Source: an uncultured virus (IMG/VR IMGVR_UViG_3300009155_005562) (taxonomy: Duplodnaviria > Heunggongvirae > Uroviricota > Caudoviricetes). From it: a DNA stretch of 58,318 bases. A program made the translations under genes and the position numbers. A model generated the notes under the pieces. It was not told where the DNA came from, did not search any database, and worked only from the letters and a program-made list of their open reading frames with translations. Shown here one piece after another: positions 56,090 through 58,318 of this stretch (within the stretch, counting starts at the first letter, position 1; every line of letters begins with the position of its first letter). The stretch lies in IMG/VR virus record IMGVR_UViG_3300009155_005562; one strand, written 5' to 3'.

Positions 56090-56852
56090 TCTTTATAGAC
56101 TTTATAATAAATGTAGGTATATCTAGTTCCCACCATTTTACTTTTTGAGTATAAGACGTCGGATTAGCGTGGTGATTGTTATGCCATTCGCCTAGTAAAT
56201 ACCCTGCTACTAAATCGTTGTTTGATTTATCTTTAGTTTGAAAATTTCTATACGAAAGAAAATTACTAGTATGATTCACAACATTAACCCACCCTGTTCC
56301 AAGTAAAATTCCACAAATTCCTACGTTATAGGAAAGCGCAACTATTGGATCTATAGCCAATAACGCAATATAAAAAGTGACAAGTATTAGTAAGTAGTAG
56401 CTATGAGTAAAGCTTATCCAGTAGTCTCTAAGACCTCTCGCGTAAAGCGGTGATATTTTTTCATCACTTGAATTAAACATGAAGAAAAAAGTCTTTACGG
56501 GTTTTTTAGGTTGATGTGGATCATCAGGGGTATCTGAGTAGCGATGATGGGTTTTGTGAATTATAGCGTATCCAAGCGGTGAGCCGAACGCCACTAGTGT
56601 AGAAATGAACGTAATAAAGATATGCCAGGGCTTCGATAGTTTGTATGAGCTGTGCGAGAAGTATCTATGAAGCCCTGCGTTGTGTCCTACATGTAGCATT
56701 ACAAGGTACCATAGAAAACTTAAACTTATAAACCATGCATTTGCCCCATACGTGCTAAATGCGACAACTGCGAGCACGAATTGCATTGTAATAATATATT
56801 TTTGTAAGTGATCGCGAGACTTAAAAATAAAATCTAAAGGCCATTTATACAC
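56079..56852 (-). CDS. Membrane fatty-acid desaturase (delta-9-like)
   Basis: His boxes HRYFSH, HKTHH, HNNHH; SDT..DPH; WWELD. Confidence 0.9.
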   Translation of the reverse strand: MYKWPLDFIFKSRDHLQKYIITMQFVLAVVAFSTYGANAWFISLSFLWYLVMLHVGHNAGLHRYFSHSSYKLSKPWHIFITFISTLVAFGSPLGYAIIHKTHHRYSDTPDDPHQPKKPVKTFFFMFNSSDEKISPLYARGLRDYWISFTHSYYLLILVTFYIALLAIDPIVALSYNVGICGILLGTGWVNVVNHTSNFLSYRNFQTKDKSNNDLVAGYLLGEWHNNHHANPTSYTQKVKWWELDIPTFIIKSIKNED

Positions 56853-57582
56853 TTTTAATTTTCCTAATAAAAAAATCGATTATATCAAATTCCCACCATT
56901 TTACTTTTTGATTCTGAATATGTGGGTTGGTATGGTGGTTATTGTGCCAATCACCTAAAATGTAGCCGTATATAAAATCGTTATAAGCCGGGCCGTCGAA
57001 GTTCTTATATGAAAATATTGTCTTTTTGTGAGAAAAGACTGCGGTCCAGATAAATGCAAAATAACACATAATGACCGAGTAGTGGTACGAGATCCATAGA
57101 ACAGGACTTATTAAAAACAGTACTATACTATTAACTATCAAAAATGGATGATAGTATTTATGTGTAAAAACTACAAAACGATCACCTAAGAGCTTACTTC
57201 TAAAATACCTTATATGATCATAATTAGTAATGTTTAAAAAAGCTTTCAAGGGGCTATCAAAGTGATACGGATCTTTTCCCGTATCACTAGTTAGATGATG
57301 ATTGCGATGAAAGGTAGCCCAGCCAAATGCCGAGCCATACCCAACTGCATTTGCTAGATAAACTATGACATAATGCACTGGTCTGCTAAGAGAAAAGTAT
57401 TCGTGTGATAGATACCTATGCTGCCCTATATTATGACCAAACCAGAATAAAATAAAAAATAAAAATAATGATAAAATAAGTATTTTAATACTGGGAACTA
57501 TGAAAAATGTTCCCACTAAAGCAATAATAATATTTGCTAAGCTAACAAACCGATTAGTAAATGGATGTGATTTTAAAATCAC
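56845..57582 (-). CDS. Membrane fatty-acid desaturase (delta-9-like)
   Basis: His boxes HRYLSH, HRNHH, HNNHH; WWEFD. Confidence 0.9.
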   Translation of the reverse strand: MILKSHPFTNRFVSLANIIIALVGTFFIVPSIKILILSLFLFFILFWFGHNIGQHRYLSHEYFSLSRPVHYVIVYLANAVGYGSAFGWATFHRNHHLTSDTGKDPYHFDSPLKAFLNITNYDHIRYFRSKLLGDRFVVFTHKYYHPFLIVNSIVLFLISPVLWISYHYSVIMCYFAFIWTAVFSHKKTIFSYKNFDGPAYNDFIYGYILGDWHNNHHTNPHIQNQKVKWWEFDIIDFFIRKIKSV

Positions 57583-57585
57583 TTC

Positions 57586-57873
57586 TTAATCCATCTTATA
57601 ATTAACTGATATATTAAGTCTATTTCCCAAAGCTGTGACAAAAGCATCTAAAATATCTCCTATTGTCTCTGGCACCGGGCTGCCTTCAGGTAATTCAATG
57701 CCCGTCTTGTCTTCCATACCAAAAATAAACTGAAGATATTCCAACGAGTCTAGCTTTGGAGCCATCTCCTTAATAGTAGATATAGGTGTATTGGCAGGCA
57801 TGCCGCTAATATCGATATCATAATCCTTCTTCATTGTTACTATAATTAGATTATAAATCTCGTCTTTTGTCAT
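57586..57873 (-). CDS. Acyl carrier protein
   Basis: Probable start MTKDEIY at 57873 after GAGG. LDSL phosphopantetheine site followed by ...MEDKTGIELP...TIGDI. Acidic. Confidence 0.8.
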   Translation of the reverse strand: MTKDEIYNLIIVTMKKDYDIDISGMPANTPISTIKEMAPKLDSLEYLQFIFGMEDKTGIELPEGSPVPETIGDILDAFVTALGNRLNISVNYKMD

Positions 57874-57897
57874 ATTTTTAGCCTCATAGAAATAAAT

Positions 57898-58185
57898 GAT
57901 AGTTGATTCTGTTGCCAAGTTCAACTATCAAGACTCCGGTCTTAGCTGTTAGGCAGCAAGAGCCATGTTGTAATCGCTATCGTTTGCGTTTACTAGTTCT
58001 GCTTCATTTACGTCGATCGCCTGACGTGCTGTCCATATCTGTACTCATTGCCCTGTCGAAACCTTGACATCCCCATCATAAGCGTATTACTTATTGGACT
58101 CTGATTAAGCCTATAGGCACTCATACCAGGCAATACGCTTATGGTGGAGATGGCGAGAATCGAACTCGCGTCCAGAACACCTTTC
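57898..58185 (-). ncRNA. ssrA: Circularly permuted (two-piece) tmRNA, tag ANDSDYNMALAA*
   Basis: The acceptor piece GGACGCGAGTTCGATTCTCGCCATCTCCACCA (CCA ends at 58142) precedes the coding piece starting GGGGATGTCAAGGTTTCGAC (58074). Tag ORF 57987-57949. Terminal hairpin with GGCAACAGAA at 57898-57929. 5' boundary approximate. Confidence 0.9.
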
Positions 58186-58188
58186 CTT

Positions 58189-58317
58189 CTACTTCATACA
58201 GCAATTCTTTTGATAAGCTTCTGGTTGTACAGATAAAAGCTCATCGTTCATAATATATTTAGTCTGACAAATACCACATTTAAAATCATTCTGCATGATA
58301 CGATTTTTAAGTTCCTC
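58189..58317 (-). CDS. 3' end of a hypothetical Cys-containing protein (partial)
   Basis: Open frame EELKNRIMQNDFKCGICQTKYIMNDELLSVQPEAYQKNCCMK* runs off the window end; contains CxxC. Confidence 0.5.
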   Translation of the reverse strand, partial: EELKNRIMQNDFKCGICQTKYIMNDELLSVQPEAYQKNCCMK

Positions 58318-58318
58318 G

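Noticed and set aside
57874..57924. Longer N-terminus for the ACP as given in the ORF track
   Set aside because: It overlaps the tmRNA terminal hairpin. The ATG at 57873 has a GAGG RBS and gives a normal ACP size.
58142..58175. Stand-alone tRNA gene
   Set aside because: Only a T-arm and 3' acceptor strand are present. They pair with GGGGATG downstream, so this is the acceptor piece of a permuted tmRNA.
53578..58185. Host chromosomal DNA or prophage boundary at tmRNA
   Set aside because: The genes overlap seamlessly with phage genes on the same strand, the tmRNA is complete, and no integrase or att duplication is seen. Read-level confirmation is still advisable.

Overview
A 58 kb piece of an AT-rich, T4-like (myovirus) phage genome. 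No host core genes are visible. From right to left it carries: a circularly permuted (two-piece) tmRNA; a compact fatty-acid/polyketide-like operon (ACP, three membrane desaturases, FabF-type ketosynthase, ferritin-like diiron protein); lysis and replication genes (M15A peptidase, SleB-type hydrolase, gp33, gp59, gp32); a + strand block (gp4, gp2, gp54-like, gp26 with a probable -1 frameshift into gp51, two tape-measure-like genes, one with a GH19 domain); the baseplate module (gp48, gp53, hub, gp5, PAAR, gp25, gp6, gp7, gp8, DUF4815); several fibre genes with Gly-X-Lys collagen segments; six 7-bladed RCC1 propeller paralogs; and methyltransferase, TPR-glycosyltransferase and sulfotransferase genes. 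The top candidate for an undescribed system is virion post-translational glycosylation. A single GT25 + PLOD-glycosyltransferase + lysyl-hydroxylase fusion enzyme lies beside the Lys-rich collagen fibres, and surface proteins are strongly enriched in N-X-S/T sequons. The phage-borne ACP/KS/triple-desaturase cluster is the second candidate. All assignments come from motif recognition and synteny; no database searches were run.
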